A DNA stretch of 29,205 bases, from assembly GCA_021683455.1 (NCBI GenBank), contig GCA_021683455.1_3051.3. One strand, written 5' to 3'. Shown one piece after another: positions 7,183-16,276 of this stretch (positions are counted from its first letter, which is position 1; every line of letters begins with the position of its first letter). The notes beneath the pieces were generated by a model, which was given only the letters and a program-made list of their open reading frames with translations, was not told the DNA's origin and made no database searches. The DNA is from a phage. Made by a program: the position numbers and the translations under genes.

Positions 7183-9879
7183 ATGAAAGAATTTTATATC
7201 TCTATTGAAACAGTCGGAAATAACATTGTTGAACGTTATATTGATGAAAACGGAAAGGAACGTACTCGTGAAGTAGAATATCTTCCAACTATGTTTAGGC
7301 ATTGTAAGGAAGAGTCAAAATACAAAGACATCTATGGTAAAAACTGCGCTCCTCAAAAATTTCCATCAATGAAAGATGCTCGAGATTGGATGAAACGAAT
7401 GGAAGACATCGGTCTCGAAGCTCTCGGTATGAACGATTTTAAACTCGCTTATATCAGTGATACATACGGTTCAGAAATTGTTTATGACCGAAAATTTGTT
7501 CGTGTAGCTAACTGTGACATTGAGGTTACTGGTGATAAATTTCCTGACCCAATGAAAGCAGAATATGAAATTGATGCTATCACTCATTACGATTCAATTG
7601 ATGATCGTTTTTATGTTTTCGACCTTTTGAATTCAATGTATGGTTCAGTATCAAAATGGGATGCAAAGTTAGCTGCTAAGCTTGACTGTGAAGGTGGTGA
7701 TGAAGTTCCTCAAGAAATTCTTGACCGAGTAATTTATATGCCATTCGATAATGAGCGTGATATGCTCATGGAATATATTAATCTTTGGGAACAGAAACGA
7801 CCTGCTATTTTTACTGGTTGGAATATTGAGGGATTTGACGTTCCGTATATCATGAATCGCGTTAAAATGGTTCTCGGTGAACGTAGCATGAAACGCTTCT
7901 CTCCAATCGGTCGAGTAAAATCTAAACTTATCCAAAATATGTACGGTAGCAAAGAAATTTATTCTATTGATGGCGTATCTATTCTTGATTATTTAGATTT
8001 GTATAAGAAATTCGCATTTACTAATTTGCCGTCATTCTCTTTGGAATCAGTTGCTCAGCATGAAACCAAAAAAGGTAAATTACCATACGACGGTCCTATT
8101 AATAAACTTCGTGAGACTAATCATCAACGATACATTAGTTATAACATCATTGACGTAGAATCAGTTCAAGCAATTGATAAAATTCGCGGGTTTATCGATC
8201 TAGTTTTAAGTATGTCTTATTACGCTAAAATGCCTTTTTCTGGTGTAATGAGTCCTATTAAAACTTGGGATGCTATTATTTTTAACTCATTGAAAGGTGA
8301 ACATAAGGTTATTCCTCAACAAGGTTCGCACGTTAAACAAAGTTTTCCGGGTGCATTTGTATTTGAACCTAAACCAATTGCTCGTCGATATATTATGAGT
8401 TTTGACTTGACGTCTCTGTATCCGAGCATTATTCGTCAGGTTAACATTAGTCCTGAGACTATTCGTGGTCAGTTTAAAGTTCATCCAATTCATGAATATA
8501 TCGCAGGAACAGCTCCTAAACCGAGTGATGAATATTCTTGTTCTCCGAATGGATGGATGTACGATAAGCATCAAGAAGGTATCATTCCAAAGGAAATCGC
8601 TAAAGTATTTTTCCAGCGTAAAGATTGGAAAAAGAAAATGTTCGCTGAAGAAATGAATGCCGAAGCTATTAAAAAGATTATTATGAAAGGCGCAGGGTCT
8701 TGTTCAACTAAACCGGAAGTTGAACGATATGTTAAGTTCAGTGATGATTTCTTAAATGAACTATCGAATTATACTGAATCTGTTCTCAATAGTTTGATTG
8801 AAGAATGTGAAAAAGCAGCTACACTTGCTAACACAAATCAGCTGAACCGTAAAATTCTTATTAATAGTCTTTACGGTGCTCTTGGTAATATTCATTTCCG
8901 TTACTATGATTTGCGAAATGCTACTGCTATCACAATTTTCGGCCAAGTTGGTATTCAGTGGATTGCTCGTAAAATTAATGAGTATCTGAATAAAGTATGT
9001 GGAACTAATGGCGAAGATTTCATCGCAGCAGGTGATACTGATTCGGTATATGTTTGTGTAGATAAAGTTATTGAAAAAGTTGGTCTTGACCGATTCAAAG
9101 AGCAGAACGATTTAGTTGAATTCATGAATCAGTTCGGTAAGAAAAAGATGGAACCTATGATTGATGTTGCATATCGTGAGTTATGTGATTATATGAATAA
9201 CCGTGAGCATCTGATGCATATGGACCGTGAAGCTATTTCTTGTCCTCCACTTGGTTCAAAGGGTGTTGGTGGTTTTTGGAAAGCGAAAAAGCGTTATGCT
9301 CTGAACGTTTATGATATGGAAGATAAGCGATTTGCTGAACCGCATCTAAAAATCATGGGTATGGAAACTCAACAGAGTTCAACACCAAAAGCAGTGCAAG
9401 AAGCTCTTGAAGAAAGTATTCGTCGTATTCTTCAAGAAGGCGAAGAGTCTGTCCAAGAATATTACAAAAACTTCGAGAAAGAATATCGTCAACTTGACTA
9501 TAAAGTTATTGCTGAAGTAAAAACTGCGAACGATATAGCGAAATATGATGATAAAGGCTGGCCAGGATTTAAATGCCCGTTCCATATTCGTGGGGTGCTA
9601 ACTTATCGTCGAGCTGTTAACGGTTTAGGTGTAGCTCCAATTTTGGATGGAAATAAGGTAATGGTTCTTCCATTACGTGAAGGAAATCCATTTGGTGACA
9701 AATGCATTGCTTGGCCGTCGGGCACAGAACTTCCAAAAGAAATTCGTTCTGACGTACTGTCTTGGATTGACTACTCAACTTTGTTCCAAAAATCGTTTGT
9801 TAAACCGCTTGCGGGTATGTGTGAATCGGCAGGTATGGACTATGAAGAAAAAGCTTCGTTAGACTTCCTGTTTGGCTGA
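7183..9879 (+). CDS. 43: DNA polymerase gp43 (family B, with 3'-5' exonuclease)
   Basis: 898 aa; exonuclease motif CDIEVTG, polymerase motif A DLTSLYPS, motif B KILINSLYG, motif C AGDTDS, KKRY motif. Contiguous ORF with no intein- or intron-like interruption. Confidence 0.95.
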   Translation: MKEFYISIETVGNNIVERYIDENGKERTREVEYLPTMFRHCKEESKYKDIYGKNCAPQKFPSMKDARDWMKRMEDIGLEALGMNDFKLAYISDTYGSEIVYDRKFVRVANCDIEVTGDKFPDPMKAEYEIDAITHYDSIDDRFYVFDLLNSMYGSVSKWDAKLAAKLDCEGGDEVPQEILDRVIYMPFDNERDMLMEYINLWEQKRPAIFTGWNIEGFDVPYIMNRVKMVLGERSMKRFSPIGRVKSKLIQNMYGSKEIYSIDGVSILDYLDLYKKFAFTNLPSFSLESVAQHETKKGKLPYDGPINKLRETNHQRYISYNIIDVESVQAIDKIRGFIDLVLSMSYYAKMPFSGVMSPIKTWDAIIFNSLKGEHKVIPQQGSHVKQSFPGAFVFEPKPIARRYIMSFDLTSLYPSIIRQVNISPETIRGQFKVHPIHEYIAGTAPKPSDEYSCSPNGWMYDKHQEGIIPKEIAKVFFQRKDWKKKMFAEEMNAEAIKKIIMKGAGSCSTKPEVERYVKFSDDFLNELSNYTESVLNSLIEECEKAATLANTNQLNRKILINSLYGALGNIHFRYYDLRNATAITIFGQVGIQWIARKINEYLNKVCGTNGEDFIAAGDTDSVYVCVDKVIEKVGLDRFKEQNDLVEFMNQFGKKKMEPMIDVAYRELCDYMNNREHLMHMDREAISCPPLGSKGVGGFWKAKKRYALNVYDMEDKRFAEPHLKIMGMETQQSSTPKAVQEALEESIRRILQEGEESVQEYYKNFEKEYRQLDYKVIAEVKTANDIAKYDDKGWPGFKCPFHIRGVLTYRRAVNGLGVAPILDGNKVMVLPLREGNPFGDKCIAWPSGTELPKEIRSDVLSWIDYSTLFQKSFVKPLAGMCESAGMDYEEKASLDFLFG

Positions 9880-9892
9880 TAGAATAAATCTA

Positions 9893-9913
9893 GGGACCTC
9901 CGGGTCCCTTTTT
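9893..9913 (+). terminator. Rho-independent terminator after gene 43
   Basis: GGGACC-UCCG-GGUCCC hairpin followed by TTTTT. Confidence 0.65.
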
Positions 9914-9997
9914 CATACAAGTAATATAAATCTATACTTATGAAAAACAGATGATTTTGGACCCTTTGAATTCATTAAAAATTTTTTCACAAAACTG

Positions 9998-10026
9998 TTT
10001 ACATCCCTGTTCTTCCATGGTACTAT
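9998..10026 (+). promoter_or_regulatory. T4-type early promoter
   Basis: -35 TTTACA (9998..10003), 17-nt spacer, -10 TACTAT (10021..10026); AAACTGTTTAC context. Confidence 0.5.
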
Positions 10027-10063
10027 ATCAATATCAACTACTGATACAGATTTGGAGAATAAA

Positions 10064-10300
10064 ATGAAAATTGTTATGGGATGCTTAGCAGTTTGTTTAG
10101 CTGCATTAGCAGCAGTTCCATTTGTTAGTGTTGAAAATGATACTCAACCTGTGATTGAATCTAGCACCGTTATTCACACTAATGGTAAAATATCAGTTAA
10201 AATTGATGATAATCTTCATGTGAATACAAATGGGTCTTTAGGTGTGCAAATGGGTAATATCTGCATAAGCACTACTGGAGTAATTACTACTTGCATTTGA
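10064..10300 (+). CDS. Small secreted/membrane protein with N-terminal signal peptide
   Basis: ATG at 10064 with GGAG SD; hydrophobic N-terminus MKIVMGCLAVCLAALAAV; first gene after an early promoter. The ORF-track start at 10052 is a TTG. Confidence 0.5.
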   Translation: MKIVMGCLAVCLAALAAVPFVSVENDTQPVIESSTVIHTNGKISVKIDDNLHVNTNGSLGVQMGNICISTTGVITTCI

Positions 10301-10310
10301 GGAAATTATT

Positions 10311-10691
10311 ATGAAAATCGCTATTTTGGTTATTGCATTAGGTCTTACTGGTTGTGTAGCTCAAGGACCGGTAGTAAATCAGTCTGATGTAGGAAAAATT
10401 GTAAACTGTTCAAGCAAATTTTATAATCCTAATGTCAAGTGTTATAAAGAAGCTCCAAAGCAAACAGTAGAACAAATGCAGGCAAATTTTGACGAAGCTA
10501 TTCGTCCAGATGAATCTGCTCAAGCATATCGTAATTCGGATGTAATTACACGCGAAGAAAAAATTGAAAACTACTGCGCCGAGCTTTGGGCAAATTGGGC
10601 TAATAATTACCAATGGCGTACCGGTAAAAATGCTCCGATGGAGTATGTAGTGAATTCTTATAATTCATGCGTAAAAAATTTGACTAAGTGA
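10311..10691 (+). CDS. Putative lipoprotein
   Basis: Signal peptide ending in lipobox LTGC (MKIAILVIALGLTGC); GAGGA SD; 126 aa. Confidence 0.55.
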   Translation: MKIAILVIALGLTGCVAQGPVVNQSDVGKIVNCSSKFYNPNVKCYKEAPKQTVEQMQANFDEAIRPDESAQAYRNSDVITREEKIENYCAELWANWANNYQWRTGKNAPMEYVVNSYNSCVKNLTK

Positions 10692-10698
10692 GGAAAAC

Positions 10699-10950
10699 AT
10701 GGAAACTTTAGTAGCAGGTTCAATTTTTATGGTTTTAGTTTCAGGTGTGTTGGCTATTATTATATACATGCTTCCATGGTTTATCGCCTTGATGCGTGGG
10801 TCAAAATCGACAGTAGGAATCTTTTTCACATCTTTACTGTTTAACTGGTCAATTATTGGTTGGTTTATTACATTTATTTGGTCAATTGCGGGTGAAACTA
10901 AAAAGTCTGCACAGCCAAATCAGGTAATTATCATCAGAGAGAAGGAATGA
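10699..10950 (+). CDS. imm: Imm-like two-transmembrane-segment membrane protein (superinfection immunity candidate)
   Basis: 83 aa with two hydrophobic segments; length and position between 43 and 42 match T4 imm. Assignment by synteny and length, not by a sequence search. Confidence 0.5.
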   Translation: METLVAGSIFMVLVSGVLAIIIYMLPWFIALMRGSKSTVGIFFTSLLFNWSIIGWFITFIWSIAGETKKSAQPNQVIIIREKE

Positions 10951-11096
10951 AAAGCAAAATTATAACAGTGTTGCTTTTAATCTTGATGATTATAATAAGT
11001 ATATACTATAGTGTAACGGTTCCTCCTATGATTCCAACTATTATTTTAGGTTGGGGTTTATTACTGTTACAAGTTAAATATGAATGTATCAATTGA
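10947..11096 (+). CDS. Small single-pass membrane peptide (49 aa)
   Basis: ATG overlaps the preceding stop (ATGA); hydrophobic core ITVLLLILMIIISIYY; below the 60-aa ORF-track cutoff. Confidence 0.4.
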   Translation: MKSKIITVLLLILMIIISIYYSVTVPPMIPTIILGWGLLLLQVKYECIN

Positions 11097-11103
11097 GGTT
11101 TAA

Positions 11104-11844
11104 ATGATTAGTGACTCTATGACAGTTGAAGAAATCCGTCTTCATTTGGGGCTTGCATTAAAAGAAAAAGATTTCGTAGTTGATAAAACTGGTGTTAAAA
11201 CTATTGAAATTATTGGCGCATCATTTGTAGCAGATGAACCGTTTATTTTTGGCGCTCTTAATGATGAATACATTCAGCGCGAACTTGAATGGTATAAATC
11301 TAAGAGTTTGTTTGTTAAAGATATTCCAGGTGAAACACCGAAGATTTGGCAACAAGTAGCATCTTCTAAAGGCGAAATTAACTCGAATTATGGTTGGGCT
11401 ATTTGGTCAGAAGATAACTATGCCCAGTATGATATGTGTTTAGCTGAACTTGGTCAAAACCCTGATTCTCGACGTGGTATCATGATTTATACTCGTCCAT
11501 CCATGCAATTTGACTACAATAAAGATGGTATGTCAGATTTCATGTGTACTAATACAGTACAGTACCTGATTCGTGATAAGAAAGTCAATGCAGTAGTAAG
11601 CATGCGCTCAAATGACGTGGTCTTCGGATTCCGTAATGATTATGCATGGCAAAAATACGTATTAGATAAATTAGTATCTGATTTGAATGCCGGCGATTCA
11701 ACTCGTCAGTATAAAGCAGGTTCTATTATATGGAATGTTGGAAGTCTTCATGTATATTCTCGTCATTTTTACTTGGTTGATCATTGGTGGAATACTGGCG
11801 AAACTCATATTGTGAAAAAAGACTATAAAGGTGAGTGGAAATGA
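11104..11844 (+). CDS. 42: dCMP hydroxymethylase gp42
   Basis: 246 aa, the T4 gp42 length; thymidylate-synthase-like fold with candidate catalytic Cys in FMCTN. Confidence 0.9.
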   Translation: MISDSMTVEEIRLHLGLALKEKDFVVDKTGVKTIEIIGASFVADEPFIFGALNDEYIQRELEWYKSKSLFVKDIPGETPKIWQQVASSKGEINSNYGWAIWSEDNYAQYDMCLAELGQNPDSRRGIMIYTRPSMQFDYNKDGMSDFMCTNTVQYLIRDKKVNAVVSMRSNDVVFGFRNDYAWQKYVLDKLVSDLNAGDSTRQYKAGSIIWNVGSLHVYSRHFYLVDHWWNTGETHIVKKDYKGEWK

Positions 11845-12683
11845 TTCAATTCGTAATTCCAAGTTATCAGCGTGTCGGGGCAGTTTCTGCCCTTGATATG
11901 TTTCCGACTGATTATGAACCCCATATTGTAGTGCGTGAACATGAAGAAAAAGCTTATTATGATGCCTATGGGTCTAGAGCTAAAATTATAACTATTCCTG
12001 ATGATGTAAACGGAATTGCCGGTACTCGTAAAGCAATTACTGATATGTATGCAGGTCAACGAATCTGGATGATTGACGATGATACTACTATTCGTATGAG
12101 TTCAATGCGAAAAAGAGATGACCGTCGTTGTGTAGATAAAGTCAATCAATTGACTCATGAACAGTTCTATGAATTGATTCAATACGTCGAAGATGCCATG
12201 GATTGCGGGTATTATCACGGTCATGCTCGCCTACCAATTTTTAAAATTACTTCATCTTGGGGTAATTATCGTGAAAACTCATATGGATTCACGAATACAT
12301 GGTATGACCTCGGAAAACTTACGACAGAACAAATTGGGTATGGAAAAATTGATTTGTGCGAAGATATGTATGCATTTCTCAATTTAATTAATCAAGGTTA
12401 TCCGCATTTGGCCTTGTTCAAATATCTGGTTGTATCTGGAAAAGCACAAGCTCCTGGCGGGTGCAGTTCAATTCGTAGTAATTCTAAACATAATAGAGCG
12501 CTTGAGCAAATCAATAGAGAGTTTCCAGAGCAAGCTCGTTGGAAAACTTCTAATATTGAAAAACGAAAATCGTTGGGTGAAGAAGACGAGCCATTAAAGG
12601 TTCTTCGCATGTGTGTTTCACGTAAAGAAAAATCAGAAGCATTTCATAAGTTTAATGCTATTCATCCAATAGCAGTTGATTAA
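11841..12683 (+). CDS. Putative DNA-sugar glycosyltransferase (GT-A/GT2-like), occupying the locus where T4 carries beta-glucosyltransferase
   Basis: 281 aa from ATG 11841 (ATGA overlap with gene 42 stop); N-terminal FVIPSYQR and acidic WMIDDD (DXD-like) motifs typical of GT-A fold transferases; does not resemble T4 beta-gt as I recall it. Confidence 0.55.
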   Translation: MIQFVIPSYQRVGAVSALDMFPTDYEPHIVVREHEEKAYYDAYGSRAKIITIPDDVNGIAGTRKAITDMYAGQRIWMIDDDTTIRMSSMRKRDDRRCVDKVNQLTHEQFYELIQYVEDAMDCGYYHGHARLPIFKITSSWGNYRENSYGFTNTWYDLGKLTTEQIGYGKIDLCEDMYAFLNLINQGYPHLALFKYLVVSGKAQAPGGCSSIRSNSKHNRALEQINREFPEQARWKTSNIEKRKSLGEEDEPLKVLRMCVSRKEKSEAFHKFNAIHPIAVD

Positions 12684-12707
12684 TGCCTAAATTTATTGTG
12701 TTATAAT
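12683..12707 (+). promoter_or_regulatory. Possible middle-type promoter upstream of uvsX
   Basis: Imperfect MotA-box ATGCCTAA (12683..12690), 11-nt spacer, TATAAT (12702..12707). Confidence 0.35.
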
Positions 12708-12760
12708 TACTCTATCTTTAACCAGTGAGGAAAATATAATGATGCCTATGGAAAAAATGA

Positions 12761-13942
12761 ATGTCTATTGCAGATTTAAAATCCCGTTTGATTAAAGCTT
12801 CCACTTCTAAAATGACTGCTGAACTGACTACATCTAAATTCTTTAATGAAAAGGATGTAATCCGTACAAAAATCCCAATGCTTAATATTGCTATTTCTGG
12901 TGCGATTGATGGCGGTATGCAGTCTGGTTTAACTATTTTCGCAGGGCCTTCTAAACACTTTAAATCAAATATGTCTTTGACTATGGTTGCAGCATATTTG
13001 AACAAATATCCTGACGCGGTTTGTCTATTCTATGATAGTGAATTTGGTATTACTCCAGCTTATTTACGATCCATGGGAGTTGACCCGGAACGAGTAATTC
13101 ATACGCCGATTCAGTCAGTTGAACAGCTGAAAATTGATATGGTGAATCAGCTTGAAGCTATTGAGCGTGGTGAAAAAGTTATTGTATTCATCGACTCAAT
13201 CGGTAATATGGCTTCTAAGAAAGAAACGGAAGATGCCTTGAATGAAAAATCTGTGGCAGATATGACTCGTGCTAAATCGCTGAAGTCATTATTCCGTATT
13301 GTTACTCCTTACTTTAGCATTAAAAATATTCCATGCGTTGCGGTTAACCATACAATTGAAACAATTGAAATGTTTAGTAAAACCGTGATGACAGGTGGTA
13401 CAGGCGTAATGTATTCGGCTGATACTGTATTCATTATCGGTAAACGTCAGATTAAAGATGGTTCTGATCTTCAGGGGTATCAATTTGTTCTAAATGTAGA
13501 AAAATCTCGTACCGTTAAAGAAAAAAGTAAATTCTTTATTGATGTTAAATTTGACGGTGGTATCGATCCTTATTCTGGATTGTTAGATATGGCTCTAGAA
13601 TTAGGATTTGTAGTAAAACCTAAAAATGGTTGGTATGCTCGTGAATTTCTTGACGAAGAAACCGGCGAGATGATTCGCGAAGAAAAATCTTGGCGTGCAA
13701 AAGATACCAACTGCACTACATTCTGGGGTCCTTTATTTAAGCATCAACCATTCCGAGATGCTATTAAACGTGCTTATCAGTTAGGTGCTATTGATAGTAA
13801 TGAAATTGTTGAAGCTGAAGTTGATGAATTGATTAATTCAAAGGTTGAAAAATTTAAATCTCCAGAAAGTAAAAGTAAATCAGCTGCTGATTTAGAAACT
13901 GACCTCGAGCAGTTAAGTGATATGGAAGAATTTAATGAATAA
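12761..13942 (+). CDS. uvsX: Recombinase UvsX (RecA/Rad51-like)
   Basis: 393 aa; Walker A GPSKHFKS, Walker B-like VIVFIDSIG; N-terminus MSIADLKSRLIKASTSK resembles T4 UvsX. Confidence 0.9.
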   Translation: MSIADLKSRLIKASTSKMTAELTTSKFFNEKDVIRTKIPMLNIAISGAIDGGMQSGLTIFAGPSKHFKSNMSLTMVAAYLNKYPDAVCLFYDSEFGITPAYLRSMGVDPERVIHTPIQSVEQLKIDMVNQLEAIERGEKVIVFIDSIGNMASKKETEDALNEKSVADMTRAKSLKSLFRIVTPYFSIKNIPCVAVNHTIETIEMFSKTVMTGGTGVMYSADTVFIIGKRQIKDGSDLQGYQFVLNVEKSRTVKEKSKFFIDVKFDGGIDPYSGLLDMALELGFVVKPKNGWYAREFLDEETGEMIREEKSWRAKDTNCTTFWGPLFKHQPFRDAIKRAYQLGAIDSNEIVEAEVDELINSKVEKFKSPESKSKSAADLETDLEQLSDMEEFNE

Positions 13943-14279
13943 AGATGATTTAGATTTAGATCTAGAAATTATCGATGAATCCCCCTCCGAAGAGGGGGAA
14001 GAAGAAAGAAAAGAACGTCTTTTTAATGAATCTCTTAAGATAATTAAATCTGCCATGGAAAATGTTATCCAGGAGATTGTCATTAAACTAGAAGATGGTT
14101 CTACACACATTGTGTATGTGACAAAATTAGATTGGGTTGATGGAAAGGTTGTAATGGACTTTGCTGTTCTTGACCAAGAAAGAAAAGCTGAGTTAGCTCC
14201 TCATGTAGAAAAATGTATTACAATGCAACTACAAGATGCATTTAATAAAAGGTCAAAGAAAAAATTTAAATTCTTTTAA
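13935..14279 (+). CDS. 40: Head vertex assembly chaperone gp40
   Basis: 114 aa from ATG 13935, overlapping the uvsX 3' end; acidic N-terminal region; located between uvsX and gene 41 as in T4. Confidence 0.65.
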   Translation: MNKDDLDLDLEIIDESPSEEGEEERKERLFNESLKIIKSAMENVIQEIVIKLEDGSTHIVYVTKLDWVDGKVVMDFAVLDQERKAELAPHVEKCITMQLQDAFNKRSKKKFKFF

Positions 14280-14288
14280 GGAGTAAGT

Positions 14289-15716
14289 GTGGTAGAAATT
14301 ATTCTTTCTCATCTTATATTTGATCAAGCTTATTTTTCAAAAGTTTGGCCATATATGGATTCAGAATATTTTGAAAGTGGTCCAGCTAAAAATACATTCA
14401 AATTAATTAAATCTCATGTTAATGAGTACCATAGCGTTCCATCTATTAATGCGCTAAATGTTGCATTAGAAAATAGTTCATTTACTGAAACAGAATATTC
14501 TGGTGTAAAAACACTTATTTCAAAACTGGCTGATTCTCCAGAAGACCACAGCTGGTTAATAAAAGAAACAGAAAAATATGTTCAGCAAAGGGCGATGTTT
14601 AATGCTACGTCTAAAATAATCGAAATTCAAACCAATGCTGAGCTTCCTCCAGAAAAACGAAATAAGAAAATGCCAGATGTAGGTGCTATTCCTGACATCA
14701 TGCGCCAAGCATTATCAATTTCATTTGATAGCTACGTTGGCCATGATTGGATGGATGACTATGAAGCACGTTGGCTATCTTATATGAATAAAGCTCGTAA
14801 GGTTCCATTTAGACTCAAAATTCTAAATAAAATTACAAAAGGCGGAGCTGAAACAGGAACACTGAACGTTTTAATGGCTGGCGTTAACGTTGGTAAATCA
14901 TTAGGACTTTGTTCATTAGCAGCAGATTATTTGCAGCTTGGTCATAACGTTCTTTATATCTCCATGGAAATGGCAGAAGAAGTCTGTGCTAAACGTATTG
15001 ATGCTAATATGCTTGATGTTTCTCTTGATGACATTGATGATGGACATATTTCTTACGCTGAGTATAAAGGAAAAATGGAAAAATGGCGTGAGAAATCTAC
15101 TCTCGGTCGTTTAATCGTTAAGCAATATCCTACTGGTGGAGCAGACGCTAATACATTTCGATCACTTTTAAATGAATTGAAGCTCAAAAAGAATTTTGTT
15201 CCAACAATCATTATTGTCGACTATCTAGGTATTTGTAAATCTTGCCGCATCAGAGTTTATTCAGAAAATAGTTACACAACTGTTAAAGCTATTGCAGAGG
15301 AATTACGTGCTCTGGCTGTTGAAACAGAAACTGTTCTTTGGACTGCAGCACAGGTTGGTAAACAAGCTTGGGACTCTTCTGATGTTAACATGAGTGATAT
15401 CGCAGAATCTGCTGGTCTTCCAGCAACAGCTGATTTTATGCTTGCAGTCATTGAAACCGAGGAGCTAGCAGCTGCTGAACAACAACTCATTAAGCAAATC
15501 AAATCACGATATGGTGATAAGAATAAGTGGAATAAGTTTTTGATGGGTGTTCAAAAAGGAAATCAAAAATGGGTAGAAATTGAACAAGATTCTACTCCAA
15601 CAGAAGTGAGTGAAGTAGCAGGTTCACAACAGATTCAGGCTGAACAGAATCGCTATCAAAGAAACGAATCAGCTCGAGCTCAGTTAGATGCTTTGGCAAA
15701 TGAATTAAAATTTTAG
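14289..15716 (+). CDS. 41: Replicative DNA helicase gp41 (DnaB-like)
   Basis: 475 aa; GTG start with AAGGAG SD; Walker A GVNVGKS in the C-terminal RecA-like domain. Confidence 0.9.
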   Translation: MVEIILSHLIFDQAYFSKVWPYMDSEYFESGPAKNTFKLIKSHVNEYHSVPSINALNVALENSSFTETEYSGVKTLISKLADSPEDHSWLIKETEKYVQQRAMFNATSKIIEIQTNAELPPEKRNKKMPDVGAIPDIMRQALSISFDSYVGHDWMDDYEARWLSYMNKARKVPFRLKILNKITKGGAETGTLNVLMAGVNVGKSLGLCSLAADYLQLGHNVLYISMEMAEEVCAKRIDANMLDVSLDDIDDGHISYAEYKGKMEKWREKSTLGRLIVKQYPTGGADANTFRSLLNELKLKKNFVPTIIIVDYLGICKSCRIRVYSENSYTTVKAIAEELRALAVETETVLWTAAQVGKQAWDSSDVNMSDIAESAGLPATADFMLAVIETEELAAAEQQLIKQIKSRYGDKNKWNKFLMGVQKGNQKWVEIEQDSTPTEVSEVAGSQQIQAEQNRYQRNESARAQLDALANELKF

Positions 15717-15745
15717 TTTACAAGCTGACAAGACTATGGTATAGT
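15717..15745 (+). promoter_or_regulatory. T4-type early promoter upstream of dmd
   Basis: -35 TTTACA (15717..15722), 17-nt spacer, -10 TATAGT (15740..15745). Confidence 0.5.
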
Positions 15746-15774
15746 AGTCTTGTTGGTTAAATGAGGAGATTGTT

Positions 15775-15957
15775 ATGGAATTGGTAAAGGTAGTTTTTAT
15801 GGGGTGGTTTAAGAATGAAAGCATGTTTACTAAAGAAACCACAATGATGAAAGATGACGTTCAATGGGCTACTACTCAATATGCTGAAGTTAATAAAGCA
15901 TTAGTTAAAGCTTTCATTGATGACAAGAAAGTATGTGAAGTAGATTGCCGAGGATAA
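15775..15957 (+). CDS. dmd: Dmd-like protein (discrimination of mRNA degradation; antitoxin against RnlA/LsoA)
   Basis: 60 aa, the T4 Dmd length; first ORF downstream of gene 41 behind its own early promoter; GAGGAG SD. Confidence 0.6.
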   Translation: MELVKVVFMGWFKNESMFTKETTMMKDDVQWATTQYAEVNKALVKAFIDDKKVCEVDCRG

Positions 15958-15958
15958 T

Positions 15959-16216
15959 ATGCATATTGTTTTATTTAAACCTACTCCATATAACGTCAGG
16001 AAAAATACGCAATTCAAAGCACTTATTGCAGATACATGGGAATTGGTGCTAGATATTCCAGCAGAAGAAAGTCCTCCATTTGGTCGAGTGGAATTTATTA
16101 AGTTTGCTGTACGTCCTACGAAGAGGCAGATTCGTCAATGCAAAAGATATTTTCGTAAGATCGTTAAGTTAGAGAAACAGTTTGTAACATGTGATTATGC
16201 AGAAGTTTTAAAATAG
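15959..16216 (+). CDS. Small hypothetical protein (position of T4 61.4)
   Basis: 85-aa ORF; GAGGA SD; ATG 2 nt after the dmd stop. Confidence 0.5.
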   Translation: MHIVLFKPTPYNVRKNTQFKALIADTWELVLDIPAEESPPFGRVEFIKFAVRPTKRQIRQCKRYFRKIVKLEKQFVTCDYAEVLK

Positions 16217-16219
16217 CTG

Positions 16220-16248
16220 TTTACTTTTGTTGGAAATTGAGATATTAT
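16220..16248 (+). promoter_or_regulatory. T4-type early promoter upstream of sp
   Basis: -35 TTTACT (16220..16225), 17-nt spacer, -10 TATTAT (16243..16248). Confidence 0.4.
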
Positions 16249-16276
16249 ATAAACATAAACTACTGAGGAGATTATC

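Noticed and set aside
7669-7952. Two overlapping minus-strand ORFs inside gene 43, and similar antisense or alternative-frame ORFs elsewhere (for example 2097..2360, 8287..8574, 15272..15502, 19065..19301, 20682..20894)
   Set aside because: All are embedded in genes with clear catalytic motifs or in better-supported frames, and lack start-site signals.
7183-9879. Intein or group I intron inside the DNA polymerase gene
   Set aside because: The ORF is continuous at 898 aa with polymerase motifs in normal order and spacing, leaving no room for an insertion.
9914-10063. Possible small RNA or tRNA in the intergenic region after gene 43
   Set aside because: The interval is explained by the terminator and an early promoter with SD; I could not recognise a cloverleaf or conserved structured RNA by eye.
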